Shown here in pieces: positions 40,871-53,594 of a DNA stretch of 64,000 nucleotides. The stretch is from positions 101,720,397-101,784,396 of the forward strand of contig CM097887.1 in NCBI GenBank assembly GCA_044892525.1, given 5' to 3'. A program made the position numbers and the translations under genes. This stretch comes from Schmidtea polychroa (Eukaryota). Below the pieces are notes generated by a model. It ran no database searches. It saw nothing but the letters and a program-made list of their open reading frames with translations, and was not told the DNA's origin. Positions within the stretch are counted from its first letter, which is position 1, and each line of letters opens with the position of its first letter.

Positions 40871-41559
40871 TTACGACCTTTTTTCGTTGGGATTTGTATA
40901 TAATTTTTATGTTTAAATTATTTACATTTTATTTTGTTTTATTGATTTAATCGTGCTTTTCATAAATTTTTATTTCTTGAATGATTAAATTATTTTTACA
41001 ACTATTTTGGATCAGGTATAAATAAATTTTATTTCAATAAAAATTTGCTCCGAAGAGACAAGTCGGTCCTTTTAACGGGACGATCTTCGGCCAGTGGCCA
41101 AAACTAAGCCATCTTAGTTTAACTCATCTTAATCCTGCACTGATTTATGGATCAGGGCTATTTCATATCTTTGTCATTGTTCTTCGTGGTCAGAGTAATT
41201 TCACTGTTTAAATGGTAGTTTAATTGTTAACATTGTAAGAGTTTCTTGAGTTTGAGTATCATCTTTGATTTTGGTTGGTGTTCCAAAGTTGTTATTATCA
41301 GAGTAGTCGGAGTAGTTTCCATCTTTGATTTTAGTCGGTGTTCTGATGTTATTTTCAGAGTAGTCGGAGTAGTTTTAATTATATTTGAACAAGATTAAAA
41401 AAAGTTCTTTTCAATTTCCTCACAAATTAAAAAGAACTATTTTATTGTTGAAAATTCTTTCATTTTATTGAATATATACTTCGCAGCAAAAGGCTTAAAT
41501 TATCATTTAATTGTTTCAATTAAAATAAACAATAATAACAAAAGAAATGCCATACCTAA

Positions 41560-42240
41560 CATAATTCATTCATCTTTTCAGCTCTGCAAAAAAGAATCTA
41601 GATTTCCTTAATGTATGGTCTTTATGTTTATTATGCAAATTTGCTGATAACTGTCAATTAATATGTTACAACAATGCTTTACACCATACTAACTCCTAAT
41701 TTTCGTCATTTTATTCTAACAATACCATGCATTAATTGTGATGAAGGATAAACTCTTCAATAGAACGAAAACAGGTTCCTAGATGTCATTTTGTTGGGAC
41801 AGTGTGGAAGTCCATTTCCTGCAATACCTGGAAAGGCTAATAGCCTAATCTTTTCGATGATATTTTAAAAATCATAGTCATGTGATCTTCAACAATTTCT
41901 CTGAGTAACCTCTTCAAAATATCATTCATATACGGCTGAGTGACTTCATTCAACGCGTCTTCGACGTTTTTGATAGCTTTCACAATATTAGATTGTTTCC
42001 ACCAAACCCACATGACATATCTACCACCTCCATCAGTTTCTTCAATGAGTTGGCGTATCGTTTTTCTTAAATAATAGGCTTTGGGCCTTGATCCATTGAC
42101 TGTAAAATGGAATTGGTATTCGGAGGTAGAAATACAACTTCAACGAGAAAATTAGTACACAGAGCAAAGAGTTCCAGATAGTGTCCATGCTCATTGTTCA
42201 ACATCTAAAGAGATCGAGGTTCAACTTCGATATACCCGCA
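41560..42240 (-). mobile_element. pogo/Tigger DDE transposase remnant
   Basis: Minus strand EVVFLPPNTNSILQSMDQG (~42085-42140), the LPPNTTS..QP.DQG motif of pogo/Tigger transposases. Confidence 0.75.
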
Positions 42241-42406
42241 ATAATTCTTTATTGGCAGATTAAATATAATAAATCAGCGAAAAGTTATTTTAAAAATTTT
42301 AAGAATTTAAAAAAAATATTAATTGGGGAATTATCAATTCGCGTAATTTTAAAATTTATTGGCTGAATTTAAAAATACTTATCTATTGTGGAATGTTGGT
42401 TTAAAT

Positions 42407-44379
42407 CAGGCCTGGGCAACATAAAGCGAGCCAATTTTAAAAAATATCGAAAGAGCCGCAAAAACCTTTGACATTTAAAAATGTATATAACAAAATTAAT
42501 ATATATTTAATTTTTTATTTATATGCCGTTTTAAAATATTAAAAATAAAATAAAGCAGTAATTTTGATCTATAATTATAATTTTTATATATTGGTCAAAA
42601 TATATAAAATAATCTTAAATAATTTAATTTTTATTTTTTTTTAATTCTTCAAAATTAATTAAAAATTTTTTTATTTATATAAAAACTCAATTCTTCTTTT
42701 TTTCCTACAAAATTCTTTATATAATTCCTTATATAAAAACAATTTATTTCCCACCAAGCACTCCCACACAACCTCAAAAATTTCCTTTTCTTGTGTTGTA
42801 TTTTTCAGACTTTTTAAACTTAATAGTTCTTCAGTTATTGAAAAATGTTCATCCATTTCCCGAATAAATATTGCTACTTGCGCAGTATCGCTTAAATCGG
42901 TACTCTCGTCTAAGCATATGGAATATGCAACAAAATCTTTTATTTTTTCTTTTAAAACCGTGACAGTGTGTTCGGCGATATCACAATAACAAGACAATGA
43001 CAAATTTTCAAATAATTTCTTTTTTTCGGGTCAAAATTTCAGCTACTGATACAAAACATTCTTTTATAAACTCACCTTCTGAAAATGTTTTCATTTTTTT
43101 TGCTATTGCATGTGATATTACATAAATGGCTTTAACGATATTATAATTTTTTTCAATTGCATTTCTCATACAGTTTTGCTGAATATTCAGAGCATTCTTG
43201 AGCCATGTATATTCCAACAAATTTCTGATATTCAAAATGTTAAATTAAAAAACAATCGAAAAGCAATGGTATTTGCTGATTGAAAAACAGATTTAAATTT
43301 AAATGTTAATTTTAGTATTGTAGTTAGTAAAAATACTACCATACTCGGGATACGGATTGAAAAAAATAAGATCTTGGTATTACCCGGGAACCGGGAATTT
43401 TTTTATATTAAAAATTTTACATTTGTACTATAATTCATTATTTTTATTTACAAAAAACATACAATAATAAAAATAAAAAAGTTTAATGCCTGGTATATTT
43501 TTTAAACTTATTCGAGCTTTTTAAAATATTTTTTTAAAAAACATCAATTGAATGATCTGTCAAACACACTCGTTTTTTGTTACAATTGTTCCAGAAATTG
43601 AAAAAACTCGCTCCGATTCGATTGATGTTGGTTTGATCGTCATTACTGAATTATAAATTTTTTTAAGAGAGTGTGTCATTGTTCCTGATGCCGCATATAA
43701 TCTCTTATTTTTTGTATATTTGTTGTTTTGTCAGGTTTTACTATCCCCATAGTTTTCTTTGATTTACTTATTGCACTTGCCAAAGACTTCTTCAACGAAT
43801 CGTTTGTAGTTGATGGTGATGGTAAAGTAGTATTGCTTGTTGTTGGTACATCAATTATCTCGCATAAATCTGAATCATTATCGATGGCTATCTCCCGATC
43901 ATCAGAAAAATATTGGATTACCAAATCTTTTGCTAATTTAGATACTGCTGAAATTGATGATACAACAAAAAACTGTCCATAACTATTCAAGTCACAGTTT
44001 TTTGTATCAGATTAAAAATTTTCTGGATTTTGCTGAAACTCTTTGTAGTTAGGGTGGAAAAAAATTCTTGAACTTTTTCTAACAATCTGTCATTTTCATG
44101 TATTTTTAAAAAAGGAATCATAATCAACTTAAGAGTTACTGGTAAAAAAGATTACAAAAAATGTAGTGATATCTAGTGGCATTAAGGTTAAACCTTTTTT
44201 TATGTCGAAGCCTTTTGAGAGAATTAAGTTAAATATAAAATGAAAAAAATCAAAGAAACAATTTAATTTAAGTGTTGACTCATAAGTTCAGTTAGCTACT
44301 AGCAGTCTATCAAAATTGTTCTTCGAGCTGCTGTTTATTAAAAAAAATTATTTCCCGAGTCGCATTTTTCCCAGGCCTG
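42407..44379 (-). mobile_element. Charlie-type hAT element (GTF2IRD2/EPM2AIP1-like transposase fragments) with TIRs and TSD
   Basis: TIRs CAGGCCTGGGCAA / TTTCCCAGGCCTG; TSD GTTTAAAT at 42399-42406 and 44380-44387. ORFs KASYVIS-like KAIYVISHAIAKKMKTFSEGEFIKEC and YSICLDESTDLSDTAQVAIFIR. Confidence 0.92.
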
Positions 44380-44912
44380 GTTTAAATAATACTGAATTAA
44401 AAAGTCAGTAATTATATATTGGATATTGTGAAATAAACTTTATTATTGATTCAGTTTTTATGGACATGAAAGTTTAAATATTATCGAAACTAATAACTAT
44501 ATTAATATTTTTTTATAATCAAATTTCAGGCACTATAGGGTAAAGAAATTTATAACTGAATTTCGATGTCAACTAACAAAACATTTTTTAAATTGTGATT
44601 TCTCACAATCGTTAATAAAATATTAAAATACATTATTTCCAAATTGAACCTGCTATAAACGGGGAATTTGTACATCATAACCACATGACATATTTTTATG
44701 GCTAGGGACTATTAAATTAAAATTGTGTGCTCATTTGTGATTTGAAGGATGTAGACAGAATCGGATGTTTTTACATTTTCCCATGATTTTGAGTGCATAT
44801 CACTAAAACGTATGTGTGGATTTATCTGATAGTGTACACATTTGTCTGCTTATAGCAGATTGAATATGTAAATGATATATATTAATTTTACTTAATGACA
44901 TTTAAATTTTAG

Positions 44913-45635
44913 ATTCAAATCACTAGTTGGTTCGATGATTTAAAAGACAGAGCATTACTCGATCTTATTCCATATTTACAGAAACTTGCTCAGACAACAT
45001 CTGTCACCAACCACTTGAAGTTAGATCCACCTCCTATTACAGCTGCTTTTCCTACTTCAGTTGCTCCAAGATTATCGAGCAAATCATTTTATTCCAATAT
45101 GTATGCACCTAACATACCTAGTCAAATAGTTAAAAATAATCCCATTACAAATCTTAACCAAATAGAACCATTGACTTTTAAAAAAACCAGTTCATCGTCT
45201 ACGACTTCATTAAAAAAATCTGTAATGCAAGGTTTTCCATCATTAAGGAATCTTTTTAGTAAAACATTTACCGGGAATTCGACTGATAAAACTAATTTTA
45301 CAAACCCCAACATGGTGTCAAAATACGTTGTAACTTCAAATATTCGTAATGCTAAAGATTTTCCTTTAAATATAAATAGAGAATTGAATATAAGAAATCC
45401 TCAACAAGAGAAAAACTTGGAAAATCCATCATCGTCATCACTACCGTTTAGTCCTGTTATTAAACAAAATTTAAATTCTGCATCAGAAATATTTTCTCCC
45501 AGATATTATCATATTAAATATTCAAAATTGATTTCTTCCGAAAAAACTGGAAAAAGCTCTTCATTGTATAAAAATCGATTTAGACATTTTCTTAAGATTA
45601 ATAATAAAAAAAGAAAAAATATTGAAAAAATATGA
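44913..45635 (+). CDS. CTDSP: CTD small phosphatase, last exon with long Ser/Asn/Lys-rich C-terminal extension
   Basis: ttttag|IQITSWFDDLKDRALLDLIPYLQKL completes the SCP domain, in frame with the ORF-track 45015-45635 ORF. Confidence 0.88.
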   Translation: MQITSWFDDLKDRALLDLIPYLQKLAQTTSVTNHLKLDPPPITAAFPTSVAPRLSSKSFYSNMYAPNIPSQIVKNNPITNLNQIEPLTFKKTSSSSTTSLKKSVMQGFPSLRNLFSKTFTGNSTDKTNFTNPNMVSKYVVTSNIRNAKDFPLNINRELNIRNPQQEKNLENPSSSSLPFSPVIKQNLNSASEIFSPRYYHIKYSKLISSEKTGKSSSLYKNRFRHFLKINNKKRKNIEKI

Positions 45636-48349
45636 AAATTATTATTTTGAAAGATTTACAATTTACAATCCTTCATTTGCAAGTTTAAATGAATTTTTTC
45701 TTTAATTTAATTGATAATTCTGAAATTATTTTTTAATTTTGCTTTTTACTTCAATTTCAATTTTTAACTTGTTTAATAAATTAGAAGTGTTTATGATTTG
45801 CTTAGTAAGTAGTTTTAATTTAGAAATTAATTTTGTTGAAATGCTTAAAAACGAAATTATATAGTTGAGCAAAAAATAATTCTTTTATAATTCATTAGTA
45901 GGTAGTGGGTGGGGGTAATTGTTCCAGTGATGCCCTAACTACCTACTTTCATTAATCAAATTGTTGGGTTTTATTTTTAAATTCAGTTTTCTCTCTGACT
46001 CCTCGTGTTCTTATTCAAGCAAATAAGTCGATACCAAACACAGAATAACTTTATTCAATTTCAATCAAATTACAATTTGCATTATATTTGTTACTTTCGC
46101 TCAATATAATTATTACTCAATAAGGTAAATAACCCATAGGGCAAACGCCGTTTCTGATGCGAGATTTAAGTCTTTTCGATTTACTATAAATCTTTTTTTG
46201 ATCACTGATCGCCTGATTCTCTAAGTTTCTCTTTGTTTTTTGAACCAACTGGCTGCTTGTCTGTTTCTGAGATCTATTTTTATACTATTTCTGAGAGGGC
46301 AATTATCTACAGAATTGCAATTAATTATCTCTCAGGAATCCTAATTAAAAATTTGAGGGTTTCCAAATTATTTTAATTTGTTTGTTCTAGATTGTCTCTC
46401 GAAATATTCCCTCTCTTATCTGATCGCTCGGGTCTTACTGCGCATCGGGTTTTTCATTACAGATTAATTCATTTTAATTAATGTTTTTTCGCATTAACTT
46501 TCCCTGTGAACACCTTATTAAATTTTCATAATTTCTGAACTCGTTTATCAATTTGGAGTTCAACCATACCCGATATCCCTCGTTCAATATTGATATTTAG
46601 TAAATTTTAATTAATTTTGCACTTATTGATTTTAACAATATTTGTTATGTCTTCCTTTTATATAATTTATTTTTTGTTTTTTGTACTAACCCTAACAAAA
46701 TCTCCAAATTAAACAATTCTTTGTTTTAAACACGTATGCCACATTATTGTTTAAAAAATTTTCCAATTTTTGAATATGATGAAAATTAAATGTTTATCTG
46801 AATTTTTAAAGCCATATAAGGGTTAATTTGATTCTTAAGTGGGTCAAAATATTATAAATTATAAAAATTTTTATGTGGGGCATAGAATAAAAATGTCTGG
46901 AAACACAGATTTAAAATGTTCGTAAATTTTTAAATTTCAGATTAATAATGAGAAAATTTTAAATAATGTGACTTATAATTGTTTGACTTCTCAAATTTTT
47001 ATAATAAAAAAATGAGTGTATTTTCCAATCTATTGACTCTGCAACTTCGAATTCCATTGAAGTGACTGTCAAAAATATCCGTTTACTTCAAGAAGTTCAA
47101 AGTTTTTGATTCAAGGTCCACTTTAAAAGATTAATAATTCATCAAGGGCAGTAAAATTTTTTTGTTTGACATGTCTGTTATGCTACATTCAATGAAACCT
47201 CTGTGGAGCCTTCCTCTAGTCGTATCACTTAATAGATTATTGTAACATAAAAGTAAACCTGGAAAAACCAAAATTAGTTAACATTAACTTTAAATATAGA
47301 TAAAAAATATCCTATTTTAGACACTTGATTATTAAATTAACCTGAAAGTTGTTGGGATGGAACTCAATATTTCCTGAGTTTGTTTTAACGCATTAAAACC
47401 CAATTTATTTAAAATAATAATAACACATTTATTAAATTGGAAATATTTCAAGTTACAAAAATCAACATGTGTGAACAATAAAATATTAGAAAGCGTGTAA
47501 AACGCGTCATAAAAGCAAGATGGTGGCCCAAAAACAAAATGGAGATTGCTAGATAAATATTAATTAACAAAAAGAAAAAAAATCAAAAGAAGAGCAAAAT
47601 CGTTCAATAAGAAATAAAATATCGAAAAGAATTGAAAGCATGAGTGAATTAGATTTGATTATATACTTGGCGTTAAAAAAGATGAAATAAATTTTCTTAC
47701 AGAATTTCATCGATAAATTCCGTTACTTCCCCATGACCCAGACAACGGTGCCAGACGAAAAAATCCAGTCAACATTGGTCTGTTACAGTGCTTGCGTGTT
47801 TTTGGCTTTCGTGCAATTTTTCTAATAGGAAAGGTGTGTTGTATACTTCAAGAAGACCAATTGATTTTGATAATAATTATCAGATAATTCATACTAAATA
47901 TAATTTTTATTCCTGTCGTTCAAGGTTATCGTTGCTGGTTGAAATCTGGGACTTTCAAATCGAAAGAATGCAGTGATAGTAGCAATAAAAAGCAAGGAAA
48001 ACTCGAAAGTACAGCAAAAAATATCCTAAATTTAGATTCTTATGGACTGGAAATGTAAAAAGCCTATTCCACTGCGTCATTTGTTCTGAAAATCTGAAAA
48101 AACGCATGAAATCATTTTGTGATAAACCGCAATCAGTAAAAAGATAAATCAATCGATATTTTGTAAAGAAACCTATAGATTTAAATCAGTCTAAAAAAAT
48201 AATGCGAAGTTTACAGGATGTGACATCTGCAAAGTTCTAGAATCATCGTACTGCGTATGGCTTTAAATTGCGAAATATAGTGGAGCGAAGACAGTTGGCG
48301 AAACTATAATCAGCTAAGACAGAAGTATTGATAGGAGCTAACACAAAAT

Positions 48350-51300
48350 AAATCTTTTTGGTATTTTATCGTATTCTAGGGAGCAAAGATTGTTTTAATC
48401 TGGAAAAGTTGACCATGATGTGGTTGTTGTTGACTAATTTCGCTGTATTTTTCATAGTGGGAAATGGACCTTTGAATCCGTATTTAAGGTTAGAAAAGTC
48501 GATTGTTCACATCCATGCGTGGGTTGCCGAGGAAAGTGACTGTGGTATATAGGGTTTGTACGAAGTGGAATATAAGAAATTCGGATTAGTGTCTAAGCTC
48601 AAAAATTGTTTGCCCGTGAGATTGATGTTGTTTAATGGTGAGTCATTGTAAAGATCGATGACATCTTTGGGTATGAAAGTGTTGGATCCAATCAAATGTT
48701 GTGAAGGGACACGCCGCTTAAACGATTATGTGTGTTGTGCCATCCTTGTAACACAAATGGTAACGCTCTGAAACATGAAGTTGATGTTGAAAATATTCTG
48801 AGGGATGCTTTCAAAGTTGGATGTATACGATCAACGAGACCATTTGTCTGCGGGAGATAGGAACTGGTTCTTAAGTGTTTGATGCCGAGATTGGCTGTAA
48901 CATGTTCAAAAAGACTTGATTCGAATTGTGCTCTTTGGTCTATGGTGATAGCAATTGAGATTCCATAATGTGAAAACCAGGTGGCTACTAAAGCATGTGC
49001 GAACGTGTGTGTGGTGATGCCATAAACAGCAACCGCCTCGAACCAGCGTGTTTTCCGATTATTCATCTTCAGAATGTAACAGAATCCGTTGTCTGATAAA
49101 GTTTCCCTATAAGGTTAATGTGGAGTGTGTTGTATCTCAAACCTGTTGGCATAGGGTGATTGTTGGTTTAGAGTGTCTCTTCACTTTGTTTGGTTGGCAG
49201 CCTTCACATTCGAACACCCACTGTTTTACATCTTTGAATAATGCGAAACGTATAACTTTTTGGCGTAGTAGGTGGTATGTAGATTTCCTGAGTAGTGCAA
49301 GTTTTAGATTGTGAGAAATCCTTCTTTCTGAAGCGAATAGTTTTTTGTCATAATATATACTATTTATTGCCTTATACGATTCTTTTGAAGCGGACGAGAT
49401 CTTCTTGGGTTGGAGGATATCTTGATTAAGGACCGGGGTTGATGGAATAAATGCTAAAATGTTTCTAGAAAGATAGTCAGCGATCGCTTTATCTTTGTCA
49501 GAGACATGGACGAACTTAATATCGACAGATGATTGGTAAGTTATTTGACTATGTACCCTGTTTGATGGGTCTTTCATGGTGAGGTAGTGGATAAGAGGTT
49601 TGAGAATTGTCTACTTTTTAAAATGTGACCGAAGCGTTTAACAGCTTGAGAAATTCCGAGTAATTCTCTGTTGAATGCGTTGAATGTGCCGATGAAAATT
49701 TTCTAGAGAAAAATTCTATTCAGAGTGAAAAATATTATCTTTAATTTGATGAAGGACTGCGCTTGAGGCGATATTTGATGCGCCTGTTGTGAGGGCGAAT
49801 TGGAAATCATGACGCGGGTAGTGAGGAGTTTTATTTCTGGTTAGAGATTCTTTGATTTAGTTAATGTTGGAATTCTTTTTCCTGTGTTCAGTGCTGAAAG
49901 AGGTGTCGTGTTGTATGATTCGTTTTTTATGAATCTGTGACAGAAATTGACGATGCCCAAAAAGCTATATAGTGTGTGACGGTGGTGGGTAGTGGAAAGC
50001 TACAGATTATGTCAACCGTTTGGGAAAAGGTTAGCAACCCGTATCTATGATTATATGTGGCCAAGGAATCTAACGCGTTTTTGAAAGAAAGTGCATTTAT
50101 ATACATTGATCTGTAAATTATGACGATTCAATATGTCGATAACAATGTTAAAATCTTTAGTACGAGTGTCGAGGTCAGGTGATGGTACGATTATATCATC
50201 AAGGTAAGTAAAAGCGTGGGGAACGTCACTGAAATTTGTTTTCATGTGGTTTTGTAAGAATTGAGCTGCATTTCTGAGGTCGAACGGCATGCACATGTAT
50301 TCGAATTATCCAAATAGTGTGGTGACGGCAATTTTGAGAACATCGCCGATGTGGATGTGAAACGGATGATGAGCTTTAGAGAGGTCTATAGTTGAGAATA
50401 TGGTGTATTGTGAAAAGCTTGTTATTAGATCTTTGATATGTGACATTGAGTATGCGTCGTGAACATTGAGTTGACAGTAGTCACCAAATGGCCTTAGTGA
50501 ACTGTCTTTCTTTGTGACTACATGTATTGGTGATGCCCATGGTGATGAAGAACGGTATATAATGCTTCCATTCTCTGGGCTTATAAATTTGGCTTTATCG
50601 GTGTCGAGTTTGATAGGTGGGAGAGGTCTGGCTCGGTTGTGTTGTGTTATGCATGGTAATGTGGGGATATAATGAGTCTACAATGTTGTAGGTGGTATGG
50701 TAGCGGATTCTGTGATGAGGTTTGGGTACGTGGTTGAGATTATTTCTATCATGTCGTACATTGCCTCTGGATTAGCTGAGTGCTCAATATCCGACATGTG
50801 TCTATTGCTTTCCGTCATAGTAGTCGATTGGATAGAGCTAAATTATTTTGTTGGAGATGTTTGATTGGAGATTGATGTTATGTATGATGATAAATTTGTA
50901 GGTATAGGCTTGAGGTGCAGATTTATAGTGAATAGTCGTCGGTTTTTGCAGTCTACCATTAGAGATTGTTCGAAAGGAAGTCGGAGCCTAGTATTGGATG
51001 AATCGTATCTGCTATGTGGAAGGTGTGAATGAAAGTTGAGTTCAGTGTCGGTATCGTGAGTGAAAGTTTTTTCGTTCCCAACAATTGAATTATGGATTGT
51101 TGTCTCCCAAGATTGTTAAAGGAGATTGGATGTCTTAAGTTATAGTTGTTGTAAGGATCGAAAGTGATGAGCCAGAGTCAACTAAAAAGTGAATTGATGA
51201 GCTGGTATAGGAAGCTGTCTCAATGGTAATGATGGTTTTGATTGCAAAGGCGTCTCCTGAAAATCCAGGATTGACTTAGTTGACTTAGGGTTAGTTTTTT

Positions 51301-51772
51301 TGTGGGAATTTGGGTAGTGATTGTCGTATTGTTTTTAGGTCTTTCATGAAATCTGAAGTTCCACGGACATGATGTAGGTTGTTGTGGCAGACAGTGATCT
51401 TAACCGTTTTGTTATTTATTTGGGTTTTTGTGTTTTTGAAAGAGGGGAGATAAAATGATATTAAAATAATAATTAAACGTTACAAATACATTACATATAA
51501 TTTATAAACTTGAAAAATATATAATTATCTTTAGGACAACTATGGTTATAATTAGTTATTTTTAAAGAAAACAGAAGATTTAACTTCATCAGTTCTGATA
51601 CCAATTGTAGGAACACAATGCCAATATTCAAAATATATTCGTACGTAAAACTGATAATTCGATTAAGTCAGCTTCGGAAACTGAGAACACCGGAATATAT
51701 AAAAAAACAGAAAGAGTGATGTCGATTAAATAATACGTCTGGTATAGAGATGAAGTTGTGCCATGTTCAACA
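48350..51772 (-). mobile_element. Degraded Gypsy LTR retrotransposon with probable 5' LTR and tRNA-Met PBS
   Basis: RT (MPFDLRNAAQFLQ...FTYLDDIIV), RNase H and integrase (ITIDQRAQFES...YLPQTNGLVDRIH) in minus orientation. TG...CA-bounded 51606-51772 is followed by TGGTATCAG at 51603. No matching 3' LTR was recognised. Confidence 0.88.
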
Positions 51773-52664
51773 AACCGCTCTATTGATTTTTGTAATATTG
51801 ACTTTTGGAAATGACATATCTTCGGATTGAATTATAGGTCACATAGAATTGGTATAAATCCATACCAGACTTTCCAAACATTTTTGCAATTCCAGATTTG
51901 TGAGCACATTTTTTAAATAAAAATGATGGAGATGTTCGAAAAAAGTAAGTATACATGCATATTAAAACAACGTATTTTAATTTAATTCAATAATGTATTT
52001 GCAATTTAATTATTTTTAGTAATATATTTATTAATTGGAAAGTCAAAGGCATTACAAAGATAATTACAATATTACAAAATAACAATAATGATTTTTGTTG
52101 GTTTGGCGTGGATCCGTAATGATATATTATACTCTTATGAGACTTTTGGCTCAAATAGTACACAAAATTCTTCTCATAAATATTTGTTAAATAGATGTTT
52201 CATTTTAATGAGTCGGAGTTGTTATATTTTTTCTTACTCCAACTGAATTGACAAGAATTTCGTCTGAACTCCAACTTTGAAGCCTTGCTTTGCCCACATG
52301 TCTCTAAATTTAAATTGTATTTCTCCCAATTTATACAATTCCAACATAAATATTAAAAATACGCAAAATAAATAAATTTTGAGAAATATTATTATTCAAC
52401 TCACAACTAATACTTGAAATAAAATTTCATTAAACAGCTATCTAAGTTTCAAAATTGGGCTTTTGTTTAAAATAGCTAATTATTTAAACAAAAATATAAA
52501 TGAACAAGTCGTTGATCATAATTTATTAATGATACTAAAGCAGTAATAATTTAAAAAATTTTAAATAAATGAAAGAAACGTAAATTTCTAAACTAAAATG
52601 AAAATTCTGAAAGCAAAATAATTTAAATCAACTGTGAAGATTCAAACTGAAAGTAGTACGGTTC

Positions 52665-53594
52665 TTAACTAATAACTGATCCCATTTGTTGATCCATTGG
52701 CCATTCACCAACTAATTTGCAATCCTTAGGCTTCTGTACTTTAAGACGTCGATTCTGTCCCATGTCAGTTAACCATGATTCCCATGGCACAATAATTTGC
52801 TTAGGAGGCACTAAAATTTTGAGTTTTTCATTAAGATCTCGTGGATACCAAATTAAGCTCTGAGCCGCATTACAATGAGGTGGACTTAATGCAGATAATG
52901 GTAGAGGTTTACAAGTTTCCAATACGTATGGAGTTTCTTCTTGAACATCATACAATTTCTTTAATCGTTGACCAATTGGCTTATTCGGATCAAATATCAT
53001 GTGTAAATTATATCTCCATCTCATTGTTCGTAAAACATGTACATGATCATAACGTGGATCGAAAAGTGATAGTTCTTCATTTTTCTTTTTGCCTCGTCTT
53101 ATAACAACAAGCCAAACCCAAAAGTCTTGCTTTCTTATAACGTCAGTTAATTTCGTTCCACCACAATATGGTAATTCCCAAGCCACTGTTGGATAAAAAT
53201 GATCCTCATAATGAAGCGACACAATTGATTCATGGACAAGTCCTTTTTTCAATTCAAATTTACTACTTGTTAAACTATAAAATGGATACTGCCTACCATC
53301 ACTATCATTTACCATTGTATGACGGCCACTCTTTAAAGGATGAAATTCCCAATATGAACTTCCAATGTCACCGTATCGGTTTTCTAAATACATTCGATCA
53401 CAGGCTTGAACCAGCCCAATACTCCAATTCCTATCGGTTTCACCGGATCCAATCGCCAATTTCACTTTGCATCTGAAATGTTGACTTTCATATTGAAGTA
53501 AATTTGAAGTCTCATTAGTTTTTGTTGACGTCTTTTCATCGTAATAAACTCTCACAGAATTGACTTGAATGTTATTAAGGCCAAATTTTGTCAT
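52665..53594 (-). CDS. FAM78: FAM78-family protein, single coding exon, 309 aa
   Basis: Intact ORF with W.IGLVQACD.M...N.YG..G.S.WE and NDSDGRQYPFY motifs, resembling FAM78A/B (WIQAC...FYN.YG..GMSSWE...SDSDGV.YPWY). In-frame stop directly before the ATG. Confidence 0.85.
   Translation of the reverse strand: MTKFGLNNIQVNSVRVYYDEKTSTKTNETSNLLQYESQHFRCKVKLAIGSGETDRNWSIGLVQACDRMYLENRYGDIGSSYWEFHPLKSGRHTMVNDSDGRQYPFYSLTSSKFELKKGLVHESIVSLHYEDHFYPTVAWELPYCGGTKLTDVIRKQDFWVWLVVIRRGKKKNEELSLFDPRYDHVHVLRTMRWRYNLHMIFDPNKPIGQRLKKLYDVQEETPYVLETCKPLPLSALSPPHCNAAQSLIWYPRDLNEKLKILVPPKQIIVPWESWLTDMGQNRRLKVQKPKDCKLVGEWPMDQQMGSVIS

Noticed and set aside
41250-41380. ~57-bp tandem duplication reading TTPTT on the minus strand (mucin-like)
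   Set aside because: Only two units and no ORF context or splice evidence.
48220-48350. TG...CA segment as the 3' LTR of the 48-52 kb Gypsy element
   Set aside because: It does not resemble 51606-51772, so no LTR pair can be claimed.
52230-52310. Possible minus-strand exon ending in GTAAGA, and other fragments at ~47700-48150
   Set aside because: The reading frame is ambiguous and there is no motif, so a gene model cannot be supported.
52841-53476. Plus-strand ORFs overlapping FAM78 (likewise antisense ORFs over WDR86, CTDSP and hAT)
   Set aside because: Antisense shadows of genuine coding sequence.
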